Source of the DNA: Octopus bimaculoides
Taxonomy: Eukaryota
NCBI RefSeq assembly: GCF_001194135.2
Contig: NC_068983.1
Coordinates: forward strand, 92,096,763 to 92,145,544
Length of the DNA stretch: 48,782 nucleotides
Direction of reading: 5' to 3'
Shown here: positions 12,040-24,542 of the stretch, in pieces
Layout: each line of letters opens with the position of its first letter
Position numbering within the stretch: the stretch's first letter is position 1
Translations under genes and position numbers: made by a program
Notes under the pieces: model-generated
What the model saw: only the letters and a program-made list of their open reading frames with translations
The model's database searches: none
Told to the model about the DNA's origin: nothing

Positions 12040-13870
12040 CCGATTACATGTTTCATATAGATGTTTACAACCCGATAGGCTGGTCCTACCACTCCAGCTC
12101 TGTCAGCTTCATTGTCACGTCCTGTTTTGTCAAATTTACAGTTGTTGCATCCTACCACTCCGGCTCTGTCAACTCCATCATTGTGTCCTGTATCATCGAA
12201 TTTATGGTCATTGTGCCAAGCTACACCAAGCTCCACGACCTCACCAGTTGTTCCTTCTGGTTTAGACAATGATTCAGAGAGTAAGTATTTTCCTAGTTCA
12301 GAGTCAGATGATTCCAGTAGCAATGATGATATTCTGGTGAATCAAGGGTACAGGTGGGCAGCAGTGAATGGCCCTGACAACAGAATGTTGTGTGGCATGC
12401 AAGAGACAGTTTCATCTTGGGTTTACTGGTACACCTGGCATAAAGGCAAACCTTGAACATGGAAGTTCACCAATGGAAATCTTCCTCAAGTTTTTGACAG
12501 ATGAAATGTTCCAATATATAGCGGACAAAATGGATGACTATGCTGAGAACCATCTCCAGCATGTCAAACCCAGGCATGGCAGTGATTGGTTTCCAACCAC
12601 AGGGGATAAAATCAAAGTTCTGCTTGCCCTGCTGATACTGATGGGCATTGTGAAGAAACCAACCTGGCGTCATATTGGAATTGGGATCCAGTCATGTTGG
12701 CACCTTTCTTTCTAGAAATGATACCTTGTGATCAATTTTTGGTGCTTCTTCAAAATCTACATTTCAACTCGGGAGAGCACCAGGATAACAGGCAACACAA
12801 AATAGTCTTATCATTGACAAAGTGGCTGAAAATTTCAGAATGTTGTATGTCAGCACACAGGACATTTTTATGGATGAGAGTTTGTGGAAATTCAAGTGAA
12901 GGCTCTGATTCAAACAATACAACCCGACCAAATGTGCCTACTTTGGAGTCAAGGTTTATAAAGTATGTCAGTCAATTAGCAGAGCCTGTGGGTACACATG
13001 AAATTACACAATCTACACTTGTCAGGACAGATTGAATCTTCCAGCGTCTACTCTAGCTTCAACTGATGCCTTGTTGTTGCTGAATGAAAACTTGTTTGAC
13101 AAAGGCTACAATATTTATATGAACAGCTGGTTTTCCTGTCCAAACCTCTTCCTGAAACTGCAGGCAAGGAGGACTAATGCCTGTGGAACTGTAAGGATGC
13201 ACAGGAAAAATATGCTACCTGATCTTCACAAGATAAAACTTTGAAAGGAAGAAACAGCATAGTGATGTACCAATAGTAGCATTCTTGCTCTAGTGTGGTA
13301 TGACAAGAAAAGTTTCTGCATGTTATCCACAATGCATTCTGAAAGCATGAAGGACACTAGGAAACAAGATATGGACAGTAATACCATAATGAAGCCAAGT
13401 GTAATTGTTTCATATAATGAAGGGATGGGTGGGGTCAATTGCTCAGATCAACTGGCTGACACACAAATCGGTGAGAAAATTTGTGAAATGGTACAAAAAA
13501 ATTTTCTTGTATATAGTTGACGTGTGTCGTGAACTCACATTTGATTTGGCAGATACTTGGTGGTGTGGGGGATCGATTGACATTCAGGAATCTATTGTTC
13601 CATGAAATGAAAGAAGTATCAGACCTGCCAAAGTACAGAACACATGGACGTCCCAATGCTGAACTCAGTCCTCACTGCATGGTGAAGGGACATGGACATT
13701 TCCACAACTCTTTCCCCCCCCACCGCTAACAAGACAAATGTTTCAAAGAGATGCACAATATGTAAAGCAAAATGGAAACATAAGGAAACTAGATACCCTT
13801 GTTCACAATGTGATATGCCACTGTGTGTGACACCCTGTTTTGAACTCTACCACACTAAAGTCAGTTTTTG
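12040..13870 (+). mobile_element. piggyBac (PGBD4-like) transposase relic
   Basis: Acidic N-terminus; IFLKFLTDEM; LLILMGIVKKP; MDESLWKFK; QYNPTK..FGVKVYK; YMNSWFS; ACGTVR; YNEGMGGV; C-terminal cysteine-rich CTIC...CSQC...LC..PCF..YH. Stops and frameshifts present. No matched TIR pair found. Confidence 0.88.
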
Positions 13871-14856
13871 AATTCATGTGATTGTAAATACATGAAGTTG
13901 ATCTGACTTATGCATTCGAGTGATCTTATTCAGGAATAATATTGCATGAGTGTCCTGCACAGAGATATAGTTTAGGCAAATAAACAGTACTTGCACTGAA
14001 ACGGTTGATGAAAATATATGATGAACCATTGTTGTACACTAATTGCTGATCTCAGCTGAGATCATTACCATCAATGCAACTTAGTTGCTTGATAAAGAGA
14101 AACCATTGTCATGGGGTTAATATCTAGATAGAAACATTGTTGATGAAACAAACACAAACTCACCTTAGCCATATGGTGCTAATTACCCATCACTAGAAGA
14201 AACAAAATATAGATTCAGTTATTGAAACTGTAGCGTCTTCAGCTTTGAACTCAGAATATTTAAGTTCAAAGTTAAATTCACTTGCAATTAGCATTACCAT
14301 ATTTGTTAATGTGATCAGAACTACATTATCTCCTATATATCCTTGGATATACAGGATCCTATATATCCTTGGACCTTAGCAAAATGCCTACTGACATATT
14401 TTCCTGTCAGTCATTTTTGGTATCAGTTTTGATAGGCATACCCTCATGGTACAGGGATCAGAATATAAATGATAGGGTATTGTCAAAGGTGCATGAGTAG
14501 TGAGTAGTAACTTCACATGAATGCAAAGGGTGTGGTATAGAGAATGCAAAGACTAGTGAAACCTGGGTATATAGAGGGGGTGGGAGACAACAGGATAACA
14601 ATGATACAGTGAGCAGAGCAGTGAGAACAGGATTGGGGAGCGAGAGATAAGCATAAACATAGTGCATAAAAAAGAGATGTGAGGAAGAGAAGGCATGTAG
14701 TTTGGTTTGTTGGGGTAGGGTGTATGAAATTTTGAAATTTCGTCAGTGGGTGCTTATATATTAGCGGTTTACAGTTATGTAATTTTATCTGATCTTTTCG
14801 ATTAAATTTTACTTTTATGGGCAGATAAATTTAATTTACAGGTGTAAAATCAATAA

Positions 14857-14938
14857 CTTTATGGATAAACACTAAGATCAAAATTCTTAATGTATTAGAA
14901 TACATTAAGAATTTTGATTTTAGTGTTTATCCATAAAG
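14857..14938 (+). other. Near-perfect inverted repeat (38-bp stem, 6-nt spacer)
   Basis: 14857-14894 ctttatggataaacactaagatcaaaattcttaatgta pairs with 14901-14938 at 37 of 38 positions. The mismatch is a G-U wobble on the + strand. Confidence 0.93.
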
Positions 14939-15657
14939 TGTTTATAGTGTTTATCCTGTTTGATTTGTTACTAAAATAATCCCAGATGTCAACTGCCAAC
15001 AATTTTGCCACTTTTCAAGATTAATTAAGATACGGTATAATCAGTACAAGATTTTATTCTTTCTCTATATTTCATTCATTTTCATTGAAAATAAAGTACA
15101 AAACTCCTTTACTAGTCAATGTATATTGGCTATGTATTCTTATACAATTTAATGAGTACATTTACATAACAGAATGCATCTAATAAAACAGCTCATTAAC
15201 AGGTGGGATGAAGGTGAATACAGGTGTGTACCATACTGAAAATTAATATGCATTTCTCACTTTCACATATTATATGTAATAAAATGAAATGAATATATAA
15301 TTGTATTTCTATCAAACTAAAAAATATAATTATGCCATAGTTCTGTCATTGAATTATTCATGGTAATTATACTTGAATAAAGGTGGGAAAGGCTTTATCT
15401 CACATTATCTCAAAGCTATGAGAATTCAATAGTGTGATTTGTTTATTTTCAGTTCAAACAAATAAAGGGGAAATATTTTCAGCTGGTTTTGACTGGTCTG
15501 AACACTAAAGGGCTAATGACATGTAAAAAATTATGTTTTGATTTGTACAGTTTTTTAATACTTAATATCTAGGTATTTGTAATTCAATTAAATAGATATG
15601 TTTAGAACTTCGGTCAGATGTAAATATCAACAAGTATTGGCTTAGTTATCCATTTTA

Positions 15658-16923
15658 CAAGATGGTATTGTAAACTTCCTGGACTAATTCTGTAGTGCAC
15701 TAACAGATGGCGGTACATGGTTGCGTGCACACTGAGAGCTAGCAGTGACCTTCATCAGGCAGTGTGCCAAGTGACATCACTGTGTTTACTTTGCAAGTTG
15801 TGAAATTTGTGTTTTGAGGATCACATGTATGCTGTAGTCTGCGATTTTGTCATGGACAGAAGCTGGGACAAAAATCCAGTGTAAAATTTTGCATTAAACT
15901 TTGGAAGTCTGCTGCAGAGACATTGAGCATGCTTTGGCAAGCTTATGGCGATAAGGCAATGGGTCTTACACAATGTTTTGAGTGGCATGGGCATTTCAAA
16001 AGCAGAAGAATGTCCCTGGAAGAGAATGAGCCATCTGGAAGATCTGCCAGAAGCTTCATCCCCAGAAATGTGGAGAAAATTCGTCAGCTTGTGCATGAAG
16101 ATCATTGGAGGACAATCAATGACATTGCTGATGTTGTTGGTCTGTTGTGTGGGTCTGTGCAGGCAATTCTAATGTCTGAATTGAACAAGCTGTGTATCTC
16201 CGCTAAGTTTATCCCCCACCTGCTGACCACTGAGCAGAAAGAACATCGTGTTGAGTCTGTCAAGATCTCCTTCAATGTGTCACTGATGACCCATTCTTCA
16301 TGTCGAGGATCCTGAAATGAAGCACCAGTCATCACAATGGAAGGGTGCTTCATCTCCATGACCAAAGAAGGTACAACAGAGCTGCAGCTCAATCAAGAAC
16401 GTGCTCATTATTTTTTTTGACAACCGTAGTATTGTGCATCAAGAATTTGTTTCCCAGAGCCAGACTGTCAATTGAGAGTTCTATTGCAATGTTTTGAAAT
16501 GTTTGAGGGAGGACATTTGGCGAAAGCAACCAGATCTGTGGAGCATGAAGAAAAAGATTTTTCACGGAAACAATACACCCTGTCACCAAGCTCTCCTCAC
16601 ATGTGAGTTTCTCACCAAAAGTGACATGATATTGCTTCTGCATCCAATCTATTCACCAGATTTAGCACCTGCTGACTTCCATCTTTTCCTCAAAATGAAA
16701 AGGCTGCTCAGAGGTTCCCATTTTAATACCATTGTTGAGATTCAGAGTGAATCGCACAAGATCTTCAACTCACAGAAAACAATTTCCAAAAGTGACAAGA
16801 ATGCTGGGACTGCTGTATTGCAGCACAAAGTGACTATTTCAAAGGAGTTGATGTTAAAACTTAAGTAAATCAGTTATTTTTTATTAAATATAACTAGTCC
16901 GGGAACTCTTTGATACTACTTCA
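15658..16923 (+). mobile_element. mariner-type (DD34D) transposon relic, about 1.27 kb, flanked by TA
   Basis: KFCIKL..., EPSGR, CISAKFIPHLLT.EQK and HPIYSPDLAPADFHLF motifs. Diverged TIRs share ttcc.ggacta. TA at 15656-15657 and 16924-16925. Confidence 0.88.
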
Positions 16924-17630
16924 TACAGTGGTATAAAATATGTTCCATTATTATTAATAGAAAGAAATTATAGTATGCATCAGTCATTACTGACAGTGTT
17001 TTTGTTTTCATAAGTGAAAAACTTCAGAAAATTAAAAGATTTCCATGTTAACTTTTAAAGAAAGGCTTTTTAAATAGGCTGACTATAGGCTTATTGATAG
17101 TGATAACCTGTTGAAACTGAAATGAGGTCCATTCTTGTTGGCTGTGTTTTACTCTTTCATTTTTCTTATTTCTTCTGACTGATAGCAAGCATAAACCAGA
17201 ATGTGTATGTAAAATCCTCCTACAATGTTTTTCAAATTTAATTATACACATATTTTTGGAAGCTTAAATTGGAAGCCCAAATATCTTGATAAGCTTGATT
17301 TTGTAATAATGCAAGATAATGAATGATACTCCATTATATATTTAAAAACATGTTTTAGATAAGGCACCTGTAATTTTTCTATACCAGTCATTTTGTTCAA
17401 CCTGATGACTAATGTGTTTTGCATAACCCAATATTTCAGCAACTATTTTAAAAATCCTGCTGCTTTCTTTAACTTTTTTTCTAGAGAACTATTATTTTTG
17501 TTCTTTGTGATGCTGGGCTCTACATCCTCCTGCTAAATATCTTTATGCATGTTTTTTTTTTAATCATTTTAACTCTATGTAGTATTTTGTACATATTTTT
17601 ATTTACATTCAGTGACATTTTCTGTTTCAG

Positions 17631-17703
17631 GTTTCTTAAAGAAGCTGTCAATTCTGAAATGTGACCAGAACAGACTTGCAACATTAACTGCACAGATAGG
17701 AAA
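17631..17703 (+). CDS. scrib: Scribble-like exon B (73 nt, phase 1 to 2)
   Basis: tttcag|GT...GGAAA|gtaagt. Translates (G)FLKKLSILKCDQNRLATLTAQIG(N), in frame with exon A; matches the LSILKxDQNRL motif. Confidence 0.88.
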
Positions 17704-18272
17704 GTAAGTTTATCAATTAGTTTCTGTTCAAAATTTTACTTAGATATACTTCAATTATTGAATGCTATAATCATTCTTTGAATCTATTTATGAAATACAC
17801 CACCACTGCCCATTGTTCTCCAGTCAATGTATCTATATATTGTCTTTAAAATTTTTCTGCTTCTAACCAGCCCATCAAGTACTTTTTATGCCATGTTTCT
17901 CTATTTACAAGTAATTTTTCAAGTTGAATGAATAACTTTTTTGACAGTCAGCTTCTGTTGTACTGGAGGCATTTCTCTATGTGTATACATCCTCCAAACA
18001 CTACCCTTCTACAATCCAAACTAAGCATGAAAAACTGCCTCTTGCATCTAGCCCATGATGCCAATATTACCCATTTTCCATATACTTAATTCTGATAAGC
18101 AGTAGTGTTATAATGATATAATGATATAATTCAGTTTTAAACATTTTTTCAGCTGAATTTCTCTTTTCACTTCAGAATCTATACTATTGAAAAATAAAGA
18201 GTTTACTGTATATACTGTCTATGTATTATATACACTTATACTATGTTCACTGTATTTCTTTTCCTCTTTCAG

Positions 18273-18318
18273 TTGTGAATCTCTCCAAGAAATGATTCTG
18301 ACTGAGAATTTCTTGACT
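18273..18318 (+). CDS. scrib: Scribble-like exon C (46 nt, phase 2 to 0)
   Basis: Polypyrimidine tract plus ttcag| and a |gtaagt donor. Translates (N)CESLQEMILTENFLT, in frame. Confidence 0.86.
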
Positions 18319-18901
18319 GTAAGTGCACCTGCAACACAGCAAATTGTTATCCCTCTGCTTATTTAGATGATCCGACTAAAACTTACAATAACTGAAGTTA
18401 AAGAGTTTCTATTAACTGCAATATTATTAAACTTTTCTTGCAACCAGTGTTGTGTACTGGTATACAAATTACCTTATTCGATTTGTCATAATCAACTTAT
18501 TTAAAAAGCCTTTCTTTATAAGTTAACATGGAAATATTTTAATTATTTGAAGCTTTTCACTTATGATAAAAAAAAACTAATATAAAATGAAATTATGAAA
18601 TAAGAATGAAGTAAAAATGGGTGAAAATGTCAAAATAGCTCTCACTTTCTGTAATGTGAATCAATTTTAATATCTTTCAACATAAGATTTTAGATATTTT
18701 TTAAAGTCAACAGTCAAGAAGATGATTGGGATTTGTTATTCTTTGATTGTAAGAACAACAGTGTAATATTAACTTTAAATACATAAATAAACAACTTAAA
18801 TTATATATATATATATCAAAGCTCTCTTTCATACTTATACACTCCAATATTAAACTCACATATACACACCACCTACTGATATTGGTTATCTTCAATTTCA
18901 G

Positions 18902-18985
18902 GAACTGCCAATAACCATTGGGAAATTGGGAAATATGAACAATCTCAATGTAGACCGCAACCGTCTGACAGATATTCCTATAGAG
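18902..18985 (+). CDS. scrib: Scribble-like exon D (84 nt, phase 0 to 0)
   Basis: tttcag|GAA...GAG|gttggt. Translates ELPITIGKLGNMNNLNVDRNRLTDIPIE; matches the NLNVDRN motif. Confidence 0.87.
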
Positions 18986-19204
18986 GTTGGTACATGTTTT
19001 TAGTTTTATCAGAACAGGTTTCACCTTCATCATTATTATTAGAGGATAGCAGAAATGCCACAGTACCTGATTTGCTGCATTTAATTACATCCCTCTGAGT
19101 TCATATCTTGCCAAGGTCTACTTTACATGTCATTCTTGCAGAATCAATAAAATCAGGAACAATGAAATACTGGAATTGATTCACTACACATTTCCTTTAA
19201 AATT

Positions 19205-19700
19205 TGTTTTCTTGTGTCAGTGTTAGAAATGCCCTAATGCAGTACTAAGCAGTGGCTCTCATGGCTTCTGGTCTTAACTGATTGGAAGTGTTAACATGTA
19301 CATGTTTTATTTTGGTGTAAAATTATTCTGCTCAGTACCACAGATTTGCTTGTCAGTTGCTTGGCCTTAACCAGTTGAACATTTCCCTTAGTGTCTGACA
19401 ATATATGCATCTCTGATCAGAAGCAGCAGTGGGGGAACATCATAGTCATGGGTTGAGAAGGATTATTTAGGGTTTGAATAATTCACCTCTGGAAACTTGG
19501 GTGTTTTGTTCATCATCCTTAAACAAACTTTATTTAGGAACCTTTTGAGTAAGATGGCCTACTTGACCTGAAGAAAATTCTATCAGGGCTCCACTTGCAA
19601 GGTCACATGCTGTTTATCTTGATATGAGATTACCATGCTATGCACATATGGTTGTGATGCATATACCTGGTATACCCCAGTGTCACTTTCATGGCATGCA
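19205..19700. repeat. Probable interspersed repeat, family not assigned
   Basis: Non-coding block with higher GC than its flanks. It resembles a high-copy octopus repeat from memory only; there is no second copy in the window. Confidence 0.3.
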
Positions 19701-19713
19701 TTGCTCTCTCACT

Positions 19714-19747
<34 letters not shown>

Positions 19748-19748
<1 letters not shown>

Positions 19749-22700
19749 TGAGAGAGAGAAACCCTGGTGGCAATAGCAAAAATAAGGCTGGTGGTTTAGT
19801 GCAGATGCTGTTATCCTGCTATCCTAATACAGTATCAGCAGATAATAGAGTAAGGAGGAGGAAGTGGACCAGCAAAGAAAATAGGATAGTGATGCAATCA
19901 GTGCTACTTAGAAAGTGAACCTAAAAGAAAGGATTACAGAAAATGAATGTTGACACTCGAGAAGGGTATGTTTAAAACGACTGAGCAGAGACTAGTAGAC
20001 CAGGCTAATGTTATTAGAAGAAAATTAGAGGTGAAAGAGCTCACAAAAGAACTTGAAAAAAAAAAGACCAAACAATAGAAAAGCCAAACAACTTGTTTGG
20101 GACAACTGGCACCAGCAAGTTAAGTGAGGAAGATTGTGGATGAGTTGCAGAAAGCAAGGAATAAAGAAGAAAGAATAAGATTACCAGCATTAAAAGGTGC
20201 CAATAGAAGGAAGTTGCTAGATATGACAAGGAAAGTTGGTTCTTTTATCAATGGGATAGATACTAAAAATATAGGTGGCACTAACTTATTGAGCTATGCA
20301 AGGGGTAGGGTAGAGGTAATATTTACTAGGAGATTAGGTATTTCTCAAGGAAAGATTTAGAAAGAGCAAATGTGGAGGAGGAGATTAGAAAATAAGGTGA
20401 AAACTTTAAGACAAGATCTGATAAGAATTGAAGCCTGGAAACTGAGCAAGTTAGGAAACACAAGATTTAAATTTTCTCTTGTGAAAAAATAGTTAGTCAA
20501 CAAGAAAGGATTTGGGATAGTCATGGAAGAGTTGAAACAGTGTATCATAGCAATTACAGGTAAGCTTTCTAGATATCAGAAAAGAACAAATCAGTATCAA
20601 CAGAACAGCTTGCTTGAGACAGACCAGAGGAGATTTTATAACCAAATAAATAGTGTAGAAGAAAGTACTGAAGATGAAGAAACCTATTGCAGAAAAAGCT
20701 AGAAAGTTCTTAAATAATATTTGGGATAAGCCAGTCAGTCATAATGAAGATGCAAAGGAGAGGTAGTTAGTGAGAAGCAGCCAGATCTAAGACTACCTAG
20801 TGCATTAATGAGTAAAGTGTTAGGAAAAATGCTGAATTGAAAGTTCCCAGGACCAGATTCAGTTCAAAAGTACTGGCTGAAGAAATTTAGTAGCTTACAT
20901 AGGAAATTGAGGGAACAACTTCAGGATTGACTGAATGGAGGAGTAATACCAGATTGGATGACTAGAGAGAGAACAGTACTCCTTGCGAAAGACAACAGCA
21001 AGGGCAATATAGCTAGCAATTATAGATCAATCACTTGCTTACCATTAGTGTGGAAGCTGTTAACAGAAATGCTTTCAGAAAGCATTTACAAGCACCTTGA
21101 CAGCCAGAATTTGACACCAGATCAGAAAGGTTGCAGGAAGAAGGCTAGTGAAACGCATGATCCATTATATACAGGCAAAGTAGTTCTAAAAGAAGTGAAA
21201 TCGAGAACGAAAAAATTAGCAATAGCATGGACAGATTATGAGAAAACCTATGACCTGATTCCACACTCATGGATAAATGAATGTTTAAGTATATTCAGTA
21301 TTGCAGACAGTATAAGAGAGTTAATTGGCCATTACATGAAGAAATGAAAAGTATATCCCTACTCAGGTAACAAAGGCTTAAGGAAAGTTAATACCAAGAG
21401 AGGAATTTTCCAGGGAGATTCATTATCTCCTTTAATATTTGTGTTATGTTTAATCCCACTCAGTTTAGTATTAAGAAAGGCAAAGACAGGACATCAGTTT
21501 AGAGATAGTAAGGGAAAAAATTAACCATTTACTATACATGGATAATTGAAACATTTTAGTAAAAATTAAAAAAGAAAAAGATAGAATCTTTAATACAAAC
21601 TGTAAGACTCTTCAGCAAAATATAGGTATGGGATTTGGCAGAGATAAGTGCACAATATTAGTTATTGAAAAAGGGACAGGTAGTCAGTAGAGAAGGCATC
21701 CAATTACCAGATGGCCAAACATTAAAATTACTGAAAGGAGAGAGTTGACGGAGTACTAACTATAGAAATGAAAATTGAGGTGTACATCAGATGGGTGAAG
21801 AGACTAATGAAGTCAATCTGAATGGGCCAAATCTTGTGAAAACTGTTAATACTTGAGCAGTATTGTTGCTTAGATATTCAACAGCTTTTGTAGATTGGAC
21901 AAAATCTGAACTAGCAAATCTAGAGTAAAAAATTTGGACAGAATTCAATATGGATGGAGGACTTCATTGAGGAACAGGAGTAGAAAGATGATACTTTCCT
22001 AGAAAGGAAATAGGGTTGAGGGTTAATATCAGTAGAAGACTGTGTGGAGTTAGCTCCCATGTAAGTAAAAGTGAAGAAGGTTTAAGAGCTGCGAAAGTAG
22101 CAATAGGAAATAGAGAAACCAAAAAGCCAAAAGAAGTTAAAAAACCAGAAAAAAGAAGCAAGATTATCTGACTGGCAGGACAAGGCTTTGCACAGTAGAT
22201 TCTCAAAGATAGTTGCAGGAAGTAGTAATAGTGAGACACGGTTATAGTTGCAGAAAGGACAGCTGAAAAGGGAAACAGAAAGTTTGAAAGATCTTGTGTA
22301 AGATCAAGCAAGCCAGGTAGATTCTCATTATAGGTTATGTAAATCAAAAAAGGAAAATGTTACTCATACAGTTAGTGAATGTAGCATGTTGGCACAGAAA
22401 AAACTATGAGAAAAGATATGATAACCTAAGGAGAACAATCCACTAGAATTTATGTATAAAGCTAGGATTTGACCATACTGATAAATGGTATGAATATGAA
22501 CCTAGTAAAATATTAGAAAGTAAGAAATAGAAGATGTTATGGGACTTTAACATTCAGACTAACAGAGTAATAGGAGCTAGAAGGTCTGATTTAATAATAG
22601 TAGTTGACAATGAGAATAAAAAGTGTCAGGTAATTGACTTTACATTGCCAAATAGTAAGAAAGTCAATATGAGAGGTATAGTTAAAATAGCAAAGTACCA

Positions 22701-22983
22701 GGACCTAGCAATTATGTAATAGAGGCTATGGAAAATGCTGGTAAGATGTACCCTTGTACTTATAGGTGCATTAGGAACTATCCCTAAAAATTTGAACAGA
22801 TGGATAGAGGAAAGAGGCATAAAACTTAGTTTAGTGCAGCTCCAGAAAACAGTGTTATTAGGGACAGCTAGGATACTTTAGAAGGTTCTTGGCATCTAAG
22901 ATTACTAGTTGTAGCCTGATGTTCAGAATTTTTCTGTTCCAACAGTTTAATCTATTGTGTGTATGTGGAATAATAATGATGAT
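19748..22983 (+). mobile_element. Near full-length degenerate R4/Dong-clade non-LTR retrotransposon between (AAT)n tracts
   Basis: N-terminal RRKWTSKEN; RT motifs NYRSITCLPLVWKLLT, QKGCRK, AWTDYEKTYDLIPHSWI, RGIFQGDSLSPL; endonuclease LWDFNIQT...ARRSDLIIV...KYQDLA...GALG; C-terminal QKTVLLGTARIL. (TAA)10 at 19717-19747 upstream and aataataatgatgatga at the 3' end. Confidence 0.85.
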
Positions 22984-23099
22984 GAAGTGAGTTCCTTGGC
23001 AAACACTGTCCACTGTTTTAGTGCTGATGTTAAGATGGAATTCAAACTCAAGAAGTGTAATGAGTCTGATAAGAGGTAAGGATAGAATTACCATATAGA

Positions 23100-23917
23100 G
23101 AAGTAATGAAACAAATTGAAAAGGAAGGCTATAAATGGAACCTTGGAGAAGGAAATGAAAGAACAACTGAAGAAAGAGTATTTCCAAAGACTATGATTGG
23201 TGTTGTGCTCAAATTTGACTGGATGAAATTAATTCCAAGCAGTAAATACATGGGTGGTAGCATCACTTAGATATGGAACTTGAATCATATCTAGGCAAAA
23301 GAATGAATTGATGAGTATGGATATAGAAATTATTGACATTACACAAAGCATTCCAACCTAAGAGTGACACTGATCAGTTGCACTTGTCCAGAAGAAAGGA
23401 TGAGAGAGGTTTGATCAGTTGTCAAAATTGTGTTGAATCAAAGGAAAACAATTTAGGGTGGTATGTAAAAAATGCTGTGGAACCATTATTAATGCACGTG
23501 AAGAAGTCTAGTATCATCAAAACTGATAATTGTTGTGGTGAATAGAAAAAAAGATGCCTGATAATTGACATATGTACTGGTGACAACAAGATTGAAAAGA
23601 AAGGAGAAAAAATGAACAACTATGATACAAGTGAAGTGGGAAATATGCAGGTTGTAGGTAACAAAGAAAATGGACATGATACCAATAGTGATTGATGTAC
23701 TTGGAAGTATCAATACTCAACTACCAGTATGGCTCAGAAAGATTAAAACAAATGTAAAGATAGAACATTTACAAAAATCATCATTACTTGGAACTGTAAT
23801 AGTCATCCGCAGGGTTCTGGAAGTATGATCAGTGAACAATTGTCACCTTAGCCTGCTGGCTGTAGGAAGTTAACACTTTCCATCTTACCCAGCAAAACGA
23901 AGCTAAGATTTTTCATG

Positions 23918-23947
<30 letters not shown>
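23100..23947 (+). mobile_element. Second R4/Dong-clade fragment, internally deleted, ending in (AAT)n
   Basis: QAVNTWVVASLRYG, HKAFQPKSDTDQLHLSR, EHLQKSSLLGT..IRRVL. Followed by about nine AAT units at 23921-23947. Confidence 0.78.
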
Positions 23948-23948
<1 letters not shown>

Positions 23949-24165
23949 TTCAAATTTTTGCACAAGGCCAGCAATTATTTTAGAGGGAGGGGTAAGTTAA
24001 TTACATTGACCCCGTGCTCAACTGGCTTATTTTATCAGCCCCAAAAGGATGAAAGGCAAAGTTGATTTTAATGGAATTTGAATTCAGAATGTAAATTGGC
24101 AGAAGAAATGTTGCTAAGCAATTTTTCCTTTGTGCTAACAATTGTGCCAGCTCATCATTTTAATA
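23948..24165 (-). mobile_element. SINE, same family as 4340-4556
   Basis: Core tttatcagccccaaaaggatgaaaggcaaagttga...gaattcagaa...gctaagca, flanked by (AAT)n tracts. Confidence 0.7.
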
Positions 24166-24179
24166 ATAATAATAATAAT

Positions 24180-24370
24180 CCTTTCAACTTTTGGCACAAG
24201 TCTTGAAATTTTGGGAGAGGGGTCTAGTGTTTCACTAGTACTTATTTTGCTGATCCCGAAAGGATGAAAGGCAAGGAGAGTCTCAGTAGAATTTGAAATT
24301 AGATTGTAAGCACACTGTACAAAATGCTGTTAAGCACTTTTTCCAGTATCCAGTTCTGCCAGATTGGCAC
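24180..24370 (-). mobile_element. SINE, same family, adjacent second copy
   Basis: tacttattttgctgatcccgaaaggatgaaaggcaagg...agaatttgaa...ttaagcac. Confidence 0.65.
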
Positions 24371-24542
24371 CTTAATAATAATGATGATGTTATTAAAATG
24401 ATTACATACTATAATGTTGTCTTGAGTTTTGGTGACATGCAGTCTCCTCAAATCTCAAGAATCTTAGGATTTATAGATGGTCGAGGTCTCACATGGTGAA
24501 ACCATCTAATGATGACTCCGTTCAGAAGGCTGGAATAATACA

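Noticed and set aside
11900-14120. Intact piggyBac termini (ttaacac at about 11907; ggggttaa at about 14113)
   Set aside because: The two ends are not reverse complements beyond TTAA, so element boundaries cannot be supported.
14331-14373. 17-bp direct repeat tcctatatatccttgga, two copies
   Set aside because: A trivial local duplication with no associated structure.
13100-16560. Catalytic Asp-to-Asn changes in piggyBac (YMNSW, GGVN) and mariner (HGNN) as a sign of domestication
   Set aside because: Both ORFs are full of stops and frameshifts, and single G-to-A transitions explain the changes as neutral decay.
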